Shown: piece by piece, positions 10,047 through 18,689 of the stretch
Layout of the letters: each line of letters starts with the position of its first letter
Position numbering within the stretch: the stretch's first letter is position 1
Source of the DNA: Deferribacterales bacterium
Lineage (GTDB): Bacteria > Chrysiogenota > Deferribacteres > Deferribacterales > Geovibrionaceae
DNA: 64,000 bases
Direction: 5' to 3'
Assembly (NCBI GenBank): GCA_050251945.1
Contig: JBFWLW010000009.1
Span: 21,431-85,430 of the forward strand
Notes under the pieces: model-generated
The model's input: the letters and a program-made list of their open reading frames with translations, nothing else
The model's database searches: none
Told to the model about the DNA's origin: nothing
Program-made: the position numbers and the translations under genes

Positions 10047-10727
10047 ATGAATACGAATTATCAGGCATTCAAACTCGGAATCAAAGAGGGATTACCCGTC
10101 GCCGTGGGCGTTGCGGCATACGGCGTCGTATACGGCATGCTCACACAGGGTGTTCTGACCACATGGGAAACCGTCATGTCCTGCATGGTGGTCTTTGCCG
10201 GCGTATCGCAGATCATGGCGCTTGAAATGTGGAATTCCCCGCTGCCTGTTTTCGCAATCATCCTCTCAACCTTCATAGTGAATATCCGCCACATACTCAT
10301 GGGCGCATCAATATATCCATATGCCGAAAAAGAGAAAAAATGGGTGAGCTACATCAGTCTGTTCTTTATGGTGGACGAGGGCTGGGCGCTGACCATGGGC
10401 AAAATGGCACGCACTGCCGAACGCATAGGCTATCTTGCGGGAACGGGATTCATCCTCTATTTTCTCTGGCTTGCCTCCGCCATGCTAGGCAGACAGGCTG
10501 GCGCGTATATACCCTCTCCCGAAAAACTGGGGATAGACTTCGCTCTGTCGGCTGTGTTCATAACAATGGCAGTGTCGGGCTTCCGCGGCAGAAAGGACAT
10601 ACCTGTCATAGTGGTCGCCGTCATCGTTTCATGCCTCTTTGAGCATTATGTGGGCGGCAAATGGTACATACTGGCGGGCGGCATAGCAGGCGGAATAACA
10701 GCATGGATAAGCTATGGACAAGACTAG
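10047..10727 (+). CDS. azlC: AzlC family branched-chain amino acid exporter
   Basis: 'VFAGVSQ', 'VNIRHILMG', 'VDE', 'GIDFAL'. Confidence 0.88.
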   Translation: MNTNYQAFKLGIKEGLPVAVGVAAYGVVYGMLTQGVLTTWETVMSCMVVFAGVSQIMALEMWNSPLPVFAIILSTFIVNIRHILMGASIYPYAEKEKKWVSYISLFFMVDEGWALTMGKMARTAERIGYLAGTGFILYFLWLASAMLGRQAGAYIPSPEKLGIDFALSAVFITMAVSGFRGRKDIPVIVVAVIVSCLFEHYVGGKWYILAGGIAGGITAWISYGQD

Positions 10728-11010
10728 TTTTCTGACCATCCTCGGAATGGGGATAGCGACATACATCACGCGTGTTCTCGGGTTCTACATAGCGGGCAAA
10801 GTGAAGCTTACTCCAAGATTCCGCTACGCACTGCAGAGCATACCGATAGCAATTCTGGTCTCCATTATTGCTCCGACGATAATAAAAGGTACAATTGCTG
10901 AGATACTTTCGGCGATGGTGGTGGTCGGTACGGCGATTACGGGACGCGGACTTCTTTTCTGTCTCGCTGTGGGTATTCTCGCCATCAACTTCTTTCGATA
11001 TGTTTTTTAG
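10714..11010 (+). CDS. azlD: AzlD family exporter subunit
   Basis: Overlaps azlC end; 'ILGMGIATYITR', 'IPIAILVSIIAP'. Confidence 0.85.
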   Translation: MDKTSFLTILGMGIATYITRVLGFYIAGKVKLTPRFRYALQSIPIAILVSIIAPTIIKGTIAEILSAMVVVGTAITGRGLLFCLAVGILAINFFRYVF

Positions 11011-11033
11011 ATTATTTTCAAAACAGGAATCAT

Positions 11034-11144
11034 GTCTCTGCGAGGAACACCAGTCGAAGGCTGGGTAAAGTGACGAAGCAGTCTGAACCGTATATTTATG
11101 CCATGTATGGCAGATCGCGTCGTCCTTACAGTCCTCGCGAAGAC
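11034..11144. repeat. Free pair of REP-like palindromic units (11034-11084 and 11112-11144) without MITE ends
   Basis: GTCTCTGCGAGG...GACGAAGCAGTCT and AGATCGCGTCG...CCTCGCGAAGAC, the same arms as inside the MITEs; lies between convergent genes. Confidence 0.8.
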
Positions 11145-11165
11145 AGCACATATAGGCAAAATCTT

Positions 11166-11987
11166 TTAAAACGGCAGTGTTTCCAGCAGTTTTCCTATCT
11201 TTTCAACGGATTTTTTTACTTTCGCATCTGTCATAAGGTCGCGTTTATCTTTCAAAATCTCCGACAATTCCTTACCCAGAGTGTTGCGCAGACTTTTACC
11301 CGCCTCGGAAACTGATTGAGGCAGAGCGTTCTTTGCCGAAAGCAGACGCATGGTGTCAGCCACGGCAGTCATTTCCGGAATAAGCTTTTTTACAGCATCC
11401 ACAAAAAGCTCGTTCGCATTTACGAATTTGCGCACTGTTTCAGCCTTTTCAAGAGCCGACGCGTAGCGCTTTGCGAGCGAATCGAATTCTGTCAGCACAG
11501 CCTCTAGCTTTGCCACCTGCTCTTCTGACGCCTCTGACGTTTCAGCGTTCAGCTTTTCCGCCATGGCGTTCACAGAGCCGGCAAAGGACTTTGCAACTTC
11601 ATCAAAATTTCCGTCCTGCTCCATAGCGCCCATGAAGAGCGGATTCTCCGTAAGCACCTGATAAAGTTCCTGCTCGGCTTTTTTAAACTCAGCGTCGGTG
11701 AAGAACATGGCTGTTTTTGAGTAAATATTCGATATCCTCTTTCCGAAGCAGTCGCCTGTTTTCTCCGCCATATCGCACAGTTCTGCGCTTGCCGTGCCAA
11801 GTGTCATAAGCTCCGCGTATTTCTCACTGACAGCTTCTAGGTCTTTGTACTGCGCCTTGACCTCCTGCGCACAAGCCTTCATAGCAGAGATGAATTCCTG
11901 TTTTTCCCTCGCCGCCTCCATTGCCGCGGCATACTTTTCCGCAGTCTCATGGTGACGCTTCATAACTTCGGTAACATTCGCGCTCAT
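11166..11987 (-). CDS. Hypothetical helical protein with two ~108-aa internal repeats
   Basis: 273-aa ORF, GGAGG RBS; halves align without gaps (YAAAMEAA/YASALEKA; GKRISNI/GKELSEI; TDAEFKK/TDAKVKK). Confidence 0.75.
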   Translation of the reverse strand: MSANVTEVMKRHHETAEKYAAAMEAAREKQEFISAMKACAQEVKAQYKDLEAVSEKYAELMTLGTASAELCDMAEKTGDCFGKRISNIYSKTAMFFTDAEFKKAEQELYQVLTENPLFMGAMEQDGNFDEVAKSFAGSVNAMAEKLNAETSEASEEQVAKLEAVLTEFDSLAKRYASALEKAETVRKFVNANELFVDAVKKLIPEMTAVADTMRLLSAKNALPQSVSEAGKSLRNTLGKELSEILKDKRDLMTDAKVKKSVEKIGKLLETLPF

Positions 11988-12047
11988 AACGCACCTCCGC
12001 TGTTTCAGAAAAAAGATGATAACGTGTTATGCTTTATACTGCAAGGG

Positions 12048-12884
12048 TTAATGAATCATAACGCTGTCGCCTATCAGAAGCAGGAAGAACAGAACAGCCG
12101 ACAGGTTCAGGGAATTGAATCGAAACATAGGTTTTTTTGCATAGCCGAAGATAAAAAAGATGGCAGGTATCACAGCGGCAATATTGAGCGCGGCGGCAAA
12201 TCTGGTGTTGTACACTTCCGAAAAAGAGATGAAAAGAAGTGCCGTAAGGTACCCGACAGCCCAGACCAGAACAAAAAGCCTGCTCTTGTCCGCTCCGTAT
12301 GAAAACGTCAGTGTCTTAAATCCTGCGCGCCTGTAGTCGTCAGCATAAATATCAGCCAGCACGGCAAAATGAGGCGTCTGCCAGAGGTAAAGCACAGCTG
12401 TCACAAGCAGTATCTCTCTGTCAAACGGATTTCCGCCCGCCATGCAGTAACCAAGCATGGGCGGCATAGCGCCTGTCAGCGCACCCAGCATAACGGAAAA
12501 AGGCGATACCCTTTTAAATGGCGTATAGATAAAATTATAGCCTATAACAACCGCCAGACTGATTACCAGCGCGGCGGCGCTTCCGCTTAAAACGACAAAG
12601 CAGAACCCAATAAGTATCAGCACAACGGCAAGCATCAGCGCCTCTTTGGGCATTATGAAGCCGCTGGGAAGCGGGCGTTTCATGGTGCGCGTCATCATCC
12701 CGTCCATCTCCCGCTCCTGATACTGGTTCAGTGCCGAACAGCCGAACGAAAGAAAACATGCCGCACATACCGCAAGAAGATGTGCCATGCCGATATGGTG
12801 AAAAGAAAGGCAGGCCCCCGCAAAAGCGGAAAGGCCTACCATTGATGATAATCTTACTCTTACAAGATGCTTTATGCTTCGCAT
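12048..12884 (-). CDS. ctaB: Protoheme IX farnesyltransferase (haem O synthase)
   Basis: 'ALNQYQEREMDGMMTRTMKRPLPSG', 'WQTPHF', 'DDYRRAG'. Confidence 0.92.
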   Translation of the reverse strand: MRSIKHLVRVRLSSMVGLSAFAGACLSFHHIGMAHLLAVCAACFLSFGCSALNQYQEREMDGMMTRTMKRPLPSGFIMPKEALMLAVVLILIGFCFVVLSGSAAALVISLAVVIGYNFIYTPFKRVSPFSVMLGALTGAMPPMLGYCMAGGNPFDREILLVTAVLYLWQTPHFAVLADIYADDYRRAGFKTLTFSYGADKSRLFVLVWAVGYLTALLFISFSEVYNTRFAAALNIAAVIPAIFFIFGYAKKPMFRFNSLNLSAVLFFLLLIGDSVMIH

Positions 12885-14102
12885 CTATTTCAGCGTGCTG
12901 ATGTACTCTATCAGCGCTTTGATATCGTCGTCGCTGAGGTTTTCGTATTCGGGCATTGAAGGCTCGAAACCGTCAACGATATATTCCGACGGATGTTTGA
13001 TGGAGCTTATTATATACTCCACGTTTGCCGTGACCTCCATCTTTTTGCCGTCTTTCTGTACAGTTGTCTTTCTGTCCATCAGACCTTTAAAGCTTGGTCC
13101 GACCATCTCGCTTCCGTCAACAGAGTGGCATCCGGTACAGCCTTCGCGTTCGGCAACCTCTGCGCCATTTGCTCCCAGCTTAACCGCCGGTTTGCCGCCG
13201 CCCTTGAAGTATTCAAGCATTTTGGCAAGTTCCTCTTTGGTCACGCTGTCTTTGAACGGAGGCATCATGTCTTCATAGCCTTTTACGATATCCGCGCCGG
13301 GCTCAATTATGGACTTTTCGAGATAAGCGTCATCGGCTTTAACTGTCTTCTCTTTGCCGTTTTCGATAACAACCGTATCGCGTCCGTATATGTCTTTAAA
13401 GCTGGGTCCCACAAGCTCTGTTCCGTCTGTTGTGTGGCAGTCGAAGCAGCCGTGTTTCTTCATCGCCTCTTCGCCTTCGTTCGGCGCTTCCGCAGCGGAT
13501 GAAGAGGCGTTCAGCCATTTCTCAAACTCATCTTTAGGCACGACAACGACTTTTGAAAGCATGTAAGAGTGACGCACGCCGCAGTATTCGGCACACTGTA
13601 TCTCATATTCTGCCGGTTCGCCGCTGTTAAACCATACATACGTGTGCATGCCGGGAACCGTATCCATCTTCACGCGAAACGCTGCCACATAAAAGCTGTG
13701 GATAACGTCTACCGACGTCAGGTCAACCTTTACGGGCGTGTCCGCAGGCACATACAGCTTGTCGCTTGTCTTTCCGTTAGGATACTCAAACTTCCATGAC
13801 CACATGCGGGCTGTGCACTTCACTTCATAACTGTCGGCGGGCGCTTCACGAAGAGCCTTGTAGCCTACCCAGCCGTACCAGAACATTGCGCCGACTATTA
13901 TGCACGGCACGATGGTCCAGATAAGTTCCGCAACTAAATTGCCCTCTATCTGCGAAGGTTCAGGATTCCTTTTTCTGCTGTACCTGTAAAGGAAATACAG
14001 CGTCACCGCCGTTATCAGAAACAGGATGACAAAGGATACCCCGAATATAAATTTAAATGCCGTGTCAACTTTGCTTACGGCATCAACCAGTGTCGTATCC
14101 AT
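12885..14102 (-). CDS. coxB: Cytochrome c oxidase subunit II with two fused c-type haem domains
   Basis: CuA ligands 'DVIHSF...CAEYCGVRHSYM'; CxxCH motifs CFDCH and CTGCH. Confidence 0.95.
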   Translation of the reverse strand: MDTTLVDAVSKVDTAFKFIFGVSFVILFLITAVTLYFLYRYSRKRNPEPSQIEGNLVAELIWTIVPCIIVGAMFWYGWVGYKALREAPADSYEVKCTARMWSWKFEYPNGKTSDKLYVPADTPVKVDLTSVDVIHSFYVAAFRVKMDTVPGMHTYVWFNSGEPAEYEIQCAEYCGVRHSYMLSKVVVVPKDEFEKWLNASSSAAEAPNEGEEAMKKHGCFDCHTTDGTELVGPSFKDIYGRDTVVIENGKEKTVKADDAYLEKSIIEPGADIVKGYEDMMPPFKDSVTKEELAKMLEYFKGGGKPAVKLGANGAEVAEREGCTGCHSVDGSEMVGPSFKGLMDRKTTVQKDGKKMEVTANVEYIISSIKHPSEYIVDGFEPSMPEYENLSDDDIKALIEYISTLK

Positions 14103-14103
14103 C

Positions 14104-14403
14104 TCAGCCTCCCCTGTATGCCAGATCGAAGAACGTCATGCCTATAAAGATGGCAAGAAGCAGGAAACACAGGAAAACTATCATCTGCATAAACCTGCTC
14201 TCATACTTCATGTGCATGAAGAACAATATGACCAGCAGAGCCTTTGTAACAGCCAGCGTAAGCGCCGCCGCAACGTTTAAAAAGCCAAGGTCGATGCGCG
14301 ACACAGCAACTGTTGTCGCCGTCAGCAGAAGCAGCAGAACAAGGATTATTCCCGATGTCTTTATGCTGAGTATATGATGTTGATGTTCATGATTTTCGCT
14401 CAT
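14104..14403 (-). CDS. coxD: Cytochrome c oxidase subunit IV
   Basis: 3 TM, 'KALLVILFFMHMKYE'. Confidence 0.88.
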   Translation of the reverse strand: MSENHEHQHHILSIKTSGIILVLLLLLTATTVAVSRIDLGFLNVAAALTLAVTKALLVILFFMHMKYESRFMQMIVFLCFLLLAIFIGMTFFDLAYRGG

Positions 14404-14411
14404 AACAGACC

Positions 14412-15011
14412 TCACAACACAAGATAGAACAGGGGAAACAGGAATATCCAGATAAGGTCAACTATGTGCCAGTAAAGACCTGCATTTTCCAGTTTCACAA
14501 AATCCTGTTGATTGATAATGTCCTTCTTCATGAACCACACCATGACCGAAAGCAGGATAGCTCCGATAATGACGTGAACGGCGTGAAGCCCCGTCATGAG
14601 GAAATACAGCCCGAAGAAGATGTTCTCCCCGTTGGACATCTCGCGAAGGTGCGGCGAGTCCGGCCAGATACCGTGGTGGAATTTGGCGCGCCACTCTATC
14701 GTCTTGTTTATGACAAATATGCCCGCACAGGCTATCGTCAGATATGTAAAGTTAACGGCAAGTTTCTTTTTTCCCTGCTGGATAAAAGTTATCGCCGCCG
14801 CTATGGCAAAGCTGGAGAACAGCAGCACCACAGTGTTAAGTGTTCCGATGAACACGTCCAGCTGTTTTCCGCCCACATGGAAATCCGCCCTGTATTCGTG
14901 CAGGTATGCGGCATAAAGCACGAACATACCGCCAAAAAGCAGAACTTCCGTAAACAGAAACAGCCACATGCCGAGCTTTGCGCCGGCGTAATCCTTATGT
15001 GTATTACTCAT
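14412..15011 (-). CDS. coxC: Cytochrome c oxidase subunit III
   Basis: 'GMWLFLFTEVLLF', 'TGLHAVHV', 'GLYWHIVDLIW'. Confidence 0.93.
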   Translation of the reverse strand: MSNTHKDYAGAKLGMWLFLFTEVLLFGGMFVLYAAYLHEYRADFHVGGKQLDVFIGTLNTVVLLFSSFAIAAAITFIQQGKKKLAVNFTYLTIACAGIFVINKTIEWRAKFHHGIWPDSPHLREMSNGENIFFGLYFLMTGLHAVHVIIGAILLSVMVWFMKKDIINQQDFVKLENAGLYWHIVDLIWIFLFPLFYLVL

Positions 15012-16620
15012 CAGGCGTTATCCCCCTGAAATCGTATGGTTTGCGGGAAGTGTCGGGTTCTTCGTCAAAGTTCAGAAGAGGCGGAGGCGTGGGGGTAGCC
15101 CATTCCAGTGTGGCGGCACCCCAAGGGTTGCGTCCGACCTTTTCTCCCTTGGTAAAGCCTCTCCAGAGGTTGACAAGCATTATAATTATGCCCACGGCAA
15201 GAATCCATGATCCCACGGTGGAGATAACATGTCCTTCCTGATATTGCGGCAGGTAGTCGTAGTAACGTCTGGGCATACCTTCAAGCCCGATGATGAACAG
15301 CGGGAAATAAAGGACATTAAAGCCCACGAACAGAATATAAAAAGCTATTTTTGCAATTGTTTTGTTGTACATTCTGCCGTAATACTTCGGAAGCCAAAAG
15401 TGAGCCGCGGCAAACATACCGAATCCGGTGCCGCCGAAGATAACGTAGTGGAAGTGGCTCACAACAAAATAGGTATCGTGAACGTGTACGTCCGTTCCGG
15501 CAGAACCGAGGATAAGCCCCGTAAGACCGCCGACGGAAAACAGAAAAATGAATCCCAGCGCATAAAGCAGCGGGGGTTCAACGGATATGGAGCCTTTGTA
15601 AAGGGTCGCCGTCCAGTTGAACACTTTTATAGCCGACGGAATAGCGACCACGAATGTCAGAAGCGAGAAGATAAGAACCGCCGTATCGCTCATACCCGAT
15701 GTGAACATATGGTGCGCCCAGACCAGCGAACCTGCAAAAGCTATCATAAGGCTGGAAAAGGCTATCGCTTTATACCCGAAGACAGGCTTGCGGGCAAAAA
15801 CAGGGATAATATCGGAAACAACGCCCATCGCGGGAAGTATCATGATGTACACCGCAGGGTGAGAGTATATCCAGAAAAGGTGCTGGTAAAGGATCGGGTC
15901 GCCGCCCTTGTTCGGGTCAAAAAGCCCGACACCCAAAACTCTTTCGGCAAAAATCAGAAGCACCGTAATACCAAGCACAGGGGTCGCCAGAACCTGAATC
16001 CAGCCTGTGGCATATAGCGACCATGTGAAGAGCGGAATCTTCGTCCATGTCATGCCCGGTGCACGGAGCCTGTGGATGGTAGTGATAAAGTTAAGTCCTG
16101 TAAGTATTGATGAAAAGCCGAGGATAAACACCGCTATGACGGCAACGGACACGTTTGTTGTGGTGAACTCCGAAAACGGGACATAGAACGTCCAGCCTGT
16201 GTCCGGTGCGCCGCCGCCTGTGAAAAGGGATACTAGAGCAAGTACGGTTCCGCCGGCATAAAGGTACCATGAAAACAGGTTAAGCCGCGGGAAAGCCACG
16301 TCTTCCGCCCCAAGCTGTATGGGCAGCACAAGGTTGCCTATGGCGGCTGGTATGCTGGGGATCACCACGATAAATATCATTATCACCCCGTGGAGGGTGA
16401 AAACGGTGTTGTACGTCTGAGCATCCATTATTGTTCTGCCCGGCGCAATAAGCTCAAGTCTGATCGCAAGTCCGAGGCACAGTCCGGCAATGAACATCGC
16501 CAGAATGATATACATATACATAAGCCCGATGCGCTTATGGTCGGTGGTGGTCAGCCATGCCATAATACCCGTACGGCTGCTTCCCGAGTCCTCCCAGAAC
16601 GAAAGAGAGTTATTGCTCAT
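15004..16620 (-). CDS. coxA: Cytochrome c oxidase subunit I (A2-type haem-copper oxidase)
   Basis: 'TTDHKRIG', 'WIYSHPAVY' (YS motif), 'WAHHMF', 'SHFHY'; start at ATG 16620. Confidence 0.96.
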   Translation of the reverse strand: MSNNSLSFWEDSGSSRTGIMAWLTTTDHKRIGLMYMYIILAMFIAGLCLGLAIRLELIAPGRTIMDAQTYNTVFTLHGVIMIFIVVIPSIPAAIGNLVLPIQLGAEDVAFPRLNLFSWYLYAGGTVLALVSLFTGGGAPDTGWTFYVPFSEFTTTNVSVAVIAVFILGFSSILTGLNFITTIHRLRAPGMTWTKIPLFTWSLYATGWIQVLATPVLGITVLLIFAERVLGVGLFDPNKGGDPILYQHLFWIYSHPAVYIMILPAMGVVSDIIPVFARKPVFGYKAIAFSSLMIAFAGSLVWAHHMFTSGMSDTAVLIFSLLTFVVAIPSAIKVFNWTATLYKGSISVEPPLLYALGFIFLFSVGGLTGLILGSAGTDVHVHDTYFVVSHFHYVIFGGTGFGMFAAAHFWLPKYYGRMYNKTIAKIAFYILFVGFNVLYFPLFIIGLEGMPRRYYDYLPQYQEGHVISTVGSWILAVGIIIMLVNLWRGFTKGEKVGRNPWGAATLEWATPTPPPLLNFDEEPDTSRKPYDFRGITPDE

Positions 16621-17557
16621 GCGAACCTCGTTTTTTTCTCTTTTTTCCGCCAAAAAACAGATATGAAGCAAAAACGGCTATCACCAGAAGAACGATGATG
16701 CCTGAAACCTTCATAACATCAAAAACGTATTTTTTCCCCTGCGGGTCGTAGCTGAAACAGTATGCAACCAGCTTTTTAACGGAAAGCCCCGGGGTTTCCT
16801 TCTCCGCCTCAACAACCGACATGGTCATCTCAAAAGGAAGAATGTCCGTTCCGTATAAATATCTGACTATCTTTCCGCTCCGGGATACCGCCATGACAGA
16901 AACAGGGTGAAGAAAATCCCTGTCCTTTCTCTGGAACCTGAAACCGAGAGCGTCCATAAGTTTGTCTATATTCTCTTTGGAACCCGTCAGAAATATCCAG
17001 CCGTTATCGGGAATGGCGCCGTTTGCCGCCTTCATATAATTGACCTTCTTTTCCGCCGCTGTTTTCGGAGTATCAAATTCGTCGAAGCTTACGGAGACAA
17101 CCTGAAAGGTCTCCCCAATCTTCATCTTCATCTGCGGGATAATATCGGCGAGCCTCGACTGGAGAAAATTGCACACGTTCGGGCAACTGTAGTAAACAGG
17201 TGCGAACAGAGTGGGCTTATCCACGATCTCTTTCAGCGTGACGGTGCGCCCGTCGGACGTCTGAAACTCAAGGTCAAGCGGTATTATCGAACCGAGATGC
17301 TCCGTTACACCGACGTTCGACTGCTCCTGCTTTGCGGGTTCCTTGTGAACATGCTCATGTTCTTTCGCCATGTCGTCATGATCCATGTTCTGCATGTCGC
17401 CATGGTCGTTATTATCCTGTGCGGACATATCTTCATGCTGCATATGTTCGGCAGGGGCGTCACCATCCGCCGCAAAAGCGGAACGGAGAGTGAACGAACC
17501 CGCCAGACATAATACTGTCAGAAAAATACCCGCAAACTTTAATGTTTGCTTTATCAT
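16610..17557 (-). CDS. SCO1/SenC copper chaperone with His/Met-rich extension
   Basis: CxxxC 'CPNVC', conserved His 'FLHP', signal peptide, C-terminal TM. Confidence 0.88.
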   Translation of the reverse strand: MIKQTLKFAGIFLTVLCLAGSFTLRSAFAADGDAPAEHMQHEDMSAQDNNDHGDMQNMDHDDMAKEHEHVHKEPAKQEQSNVGVTEHLGSIIPLDLEFQTSDGRTVTLKEIVDKPTLFAPVYYSCPNVCNFLQSRLADIIPQMKMKIGETFQVVSVSFDEFDTPKTAAEKKVNYMKAANGAIPDNGWIFLTGSKENIDKLMDALGFRFQRKDRDFLHPVSVMAVSRSGKIVRYLYGTDILPFEMTMSVVEAEKETPGLSVKKLVAYCFSYDPQGKKYVFDVMKVSGIIVLLVIAVFASYLFFGGKKRKKRGSHEQ

Positions 17558-17561
17558 AGGC

Positions 17562-17861
17562 TTATTTCAGTTTTGAAATATAGTCTGCAAGAGCCTTGAT
17601 CTCCTCTGGAGTCAGTTTGGCAACCTGAGACTGCATTATAGCTTTTTTAGCACCGCCTTCACCAGCCTGATAGCCTTTCAGATCGGCTTCAATGTCTTTT
17701 GCAGACTGTCCCTTAATAACTCCGCTGACACCGAGAGCCTTCTTTGACCCGTCGGCGCCGTGGCAGCCTTTGCACTTTGCATAAAGTGCGGCGCCGTCGG
17801 CAGCGGCAAACGCTGTTGAAACTGCAGTGAGAAACACAATAAATCCGATAGTCTTTTTCAT
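17562..17861 (-). CDS. Monohaem cytochrome c553-like protein
   Basis: Signal peptide, 'CKGCHGADG', distal Met 'AIMQ'. Confidence 0.92.
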   Translation of the reverse strand: MKKTIGFIVFLTAVSTAFAAADGAALYAKCKGCHGADGSKKALGVSGVIKGQSAKDIEADLKGYQAGEGGAKKAIMQSQVAKLTPEEIKALADYISKLK

Positions 17862-17900
17862 GGTTATTTACCTCGCTAACAAAAATAGGAGACGTATTTT

Positions 17901-17929
17901 ATTTTATATTTTATAACGCCTTTCGTCAA
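17901..17929 (-). promoter_or_regulatory. Putative sigma70 promoter of the cytochrome c/cox operon
   Basis: TTGACG-17 nt-TAAAAT on the minus strand. Confidence 0.55.
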
Positions 17930-17947
17930 ATAAACATTGTAAAGAAA

Positions 17948-18583
17948 TTAAACGATATGTTTATTCAGCCGTTGAAACACCGCTTCCGTTATCTCAAAAC
18001 TGCGGCAGTCAATACCCATGTCCTTCAGAGCGTCCGCAAGCCCGATGAAAGCGGAATCGCATATGCTTTTCTGAAGAATATTCATTGGTATGAAAGCGTT
18101 TTCCTCACAAATGGACATTGTCATCGCCCTTCTGCACGCATCTGCATCGGCGCTTGTGACCGAACGGCATACGAGCGGACGCACAGAATGTATCGTACAT
18201 TCGCCCTCGCTGCCGAGAAATCCGCAGGGGATATTGGCAACGATGCGTTCCTGCTCGTCATATCCGGCTATATGCACCTTGATATAATGAAGTTTTTTCT
18301 TAAGTGTTTCAAGACTGTCCGCGGAAAGGGATGATAAAAGATACTCTGCGATGGTGTCCGCCTCAAGGCACAGAACCGGAACGTGGACACGGCAGCAATG
18401 GCTGCAGCCTCTGCGGCACTTCATGTAGGATGCCTCCTCACGGGAGATATCCTCAGCCGCCCTCTGCTGTGTCAATTGATGTATCCTGTCCATAGTTTCG
18501 GCGGGGCTTTCGCCTGCTTTCACCGAACCGGTGACGGATGAATAAACTGTTTCGTGGAAGTCATATATTTTTATGCCTGCCAT
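17948..18583 (-). CDS. YkgJ family cysteine-cluster protein
   Basis: 'CRRGCSHCC', 'CGFL...CTIHSVRPLVCR'. Confidence 0.85.
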   Translation of the reverse strand: MAGIKIYDFHETVYSSVTGSVKAGESPAETMDRIHQLTQQRAAEDISREEASYMKCRRGCSHCCRVHVPVLCLEADTIAEYLLSSLSADSLETLKKKLHYIKVHIAGYDEQERIVANIPCGFLGSEGECTIHSVRPLVCRSVTSADADACRRAMTMSICEENAFIPMNILQKSICDSAFIGLADALKDMGIDCRSFEITEAVFQRLNKHIV

Positions 18584-18689
18584 GAAACAATTATAACATG
18601 GCGAATCCTCGCTGTACAGTATTGATAATAATGAATTTCAGTTCAGTTAAAATAATAAATAAATGATAAATAACTTAATCATTTATTAA

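Noticed and set aside
11070..11315. Short ORFs crossing the repeat elements (also 53388-53678, 53488-53895, 60111-60437)
   Set aside because: Too short and without DDE or HUH motifs; not transposases.
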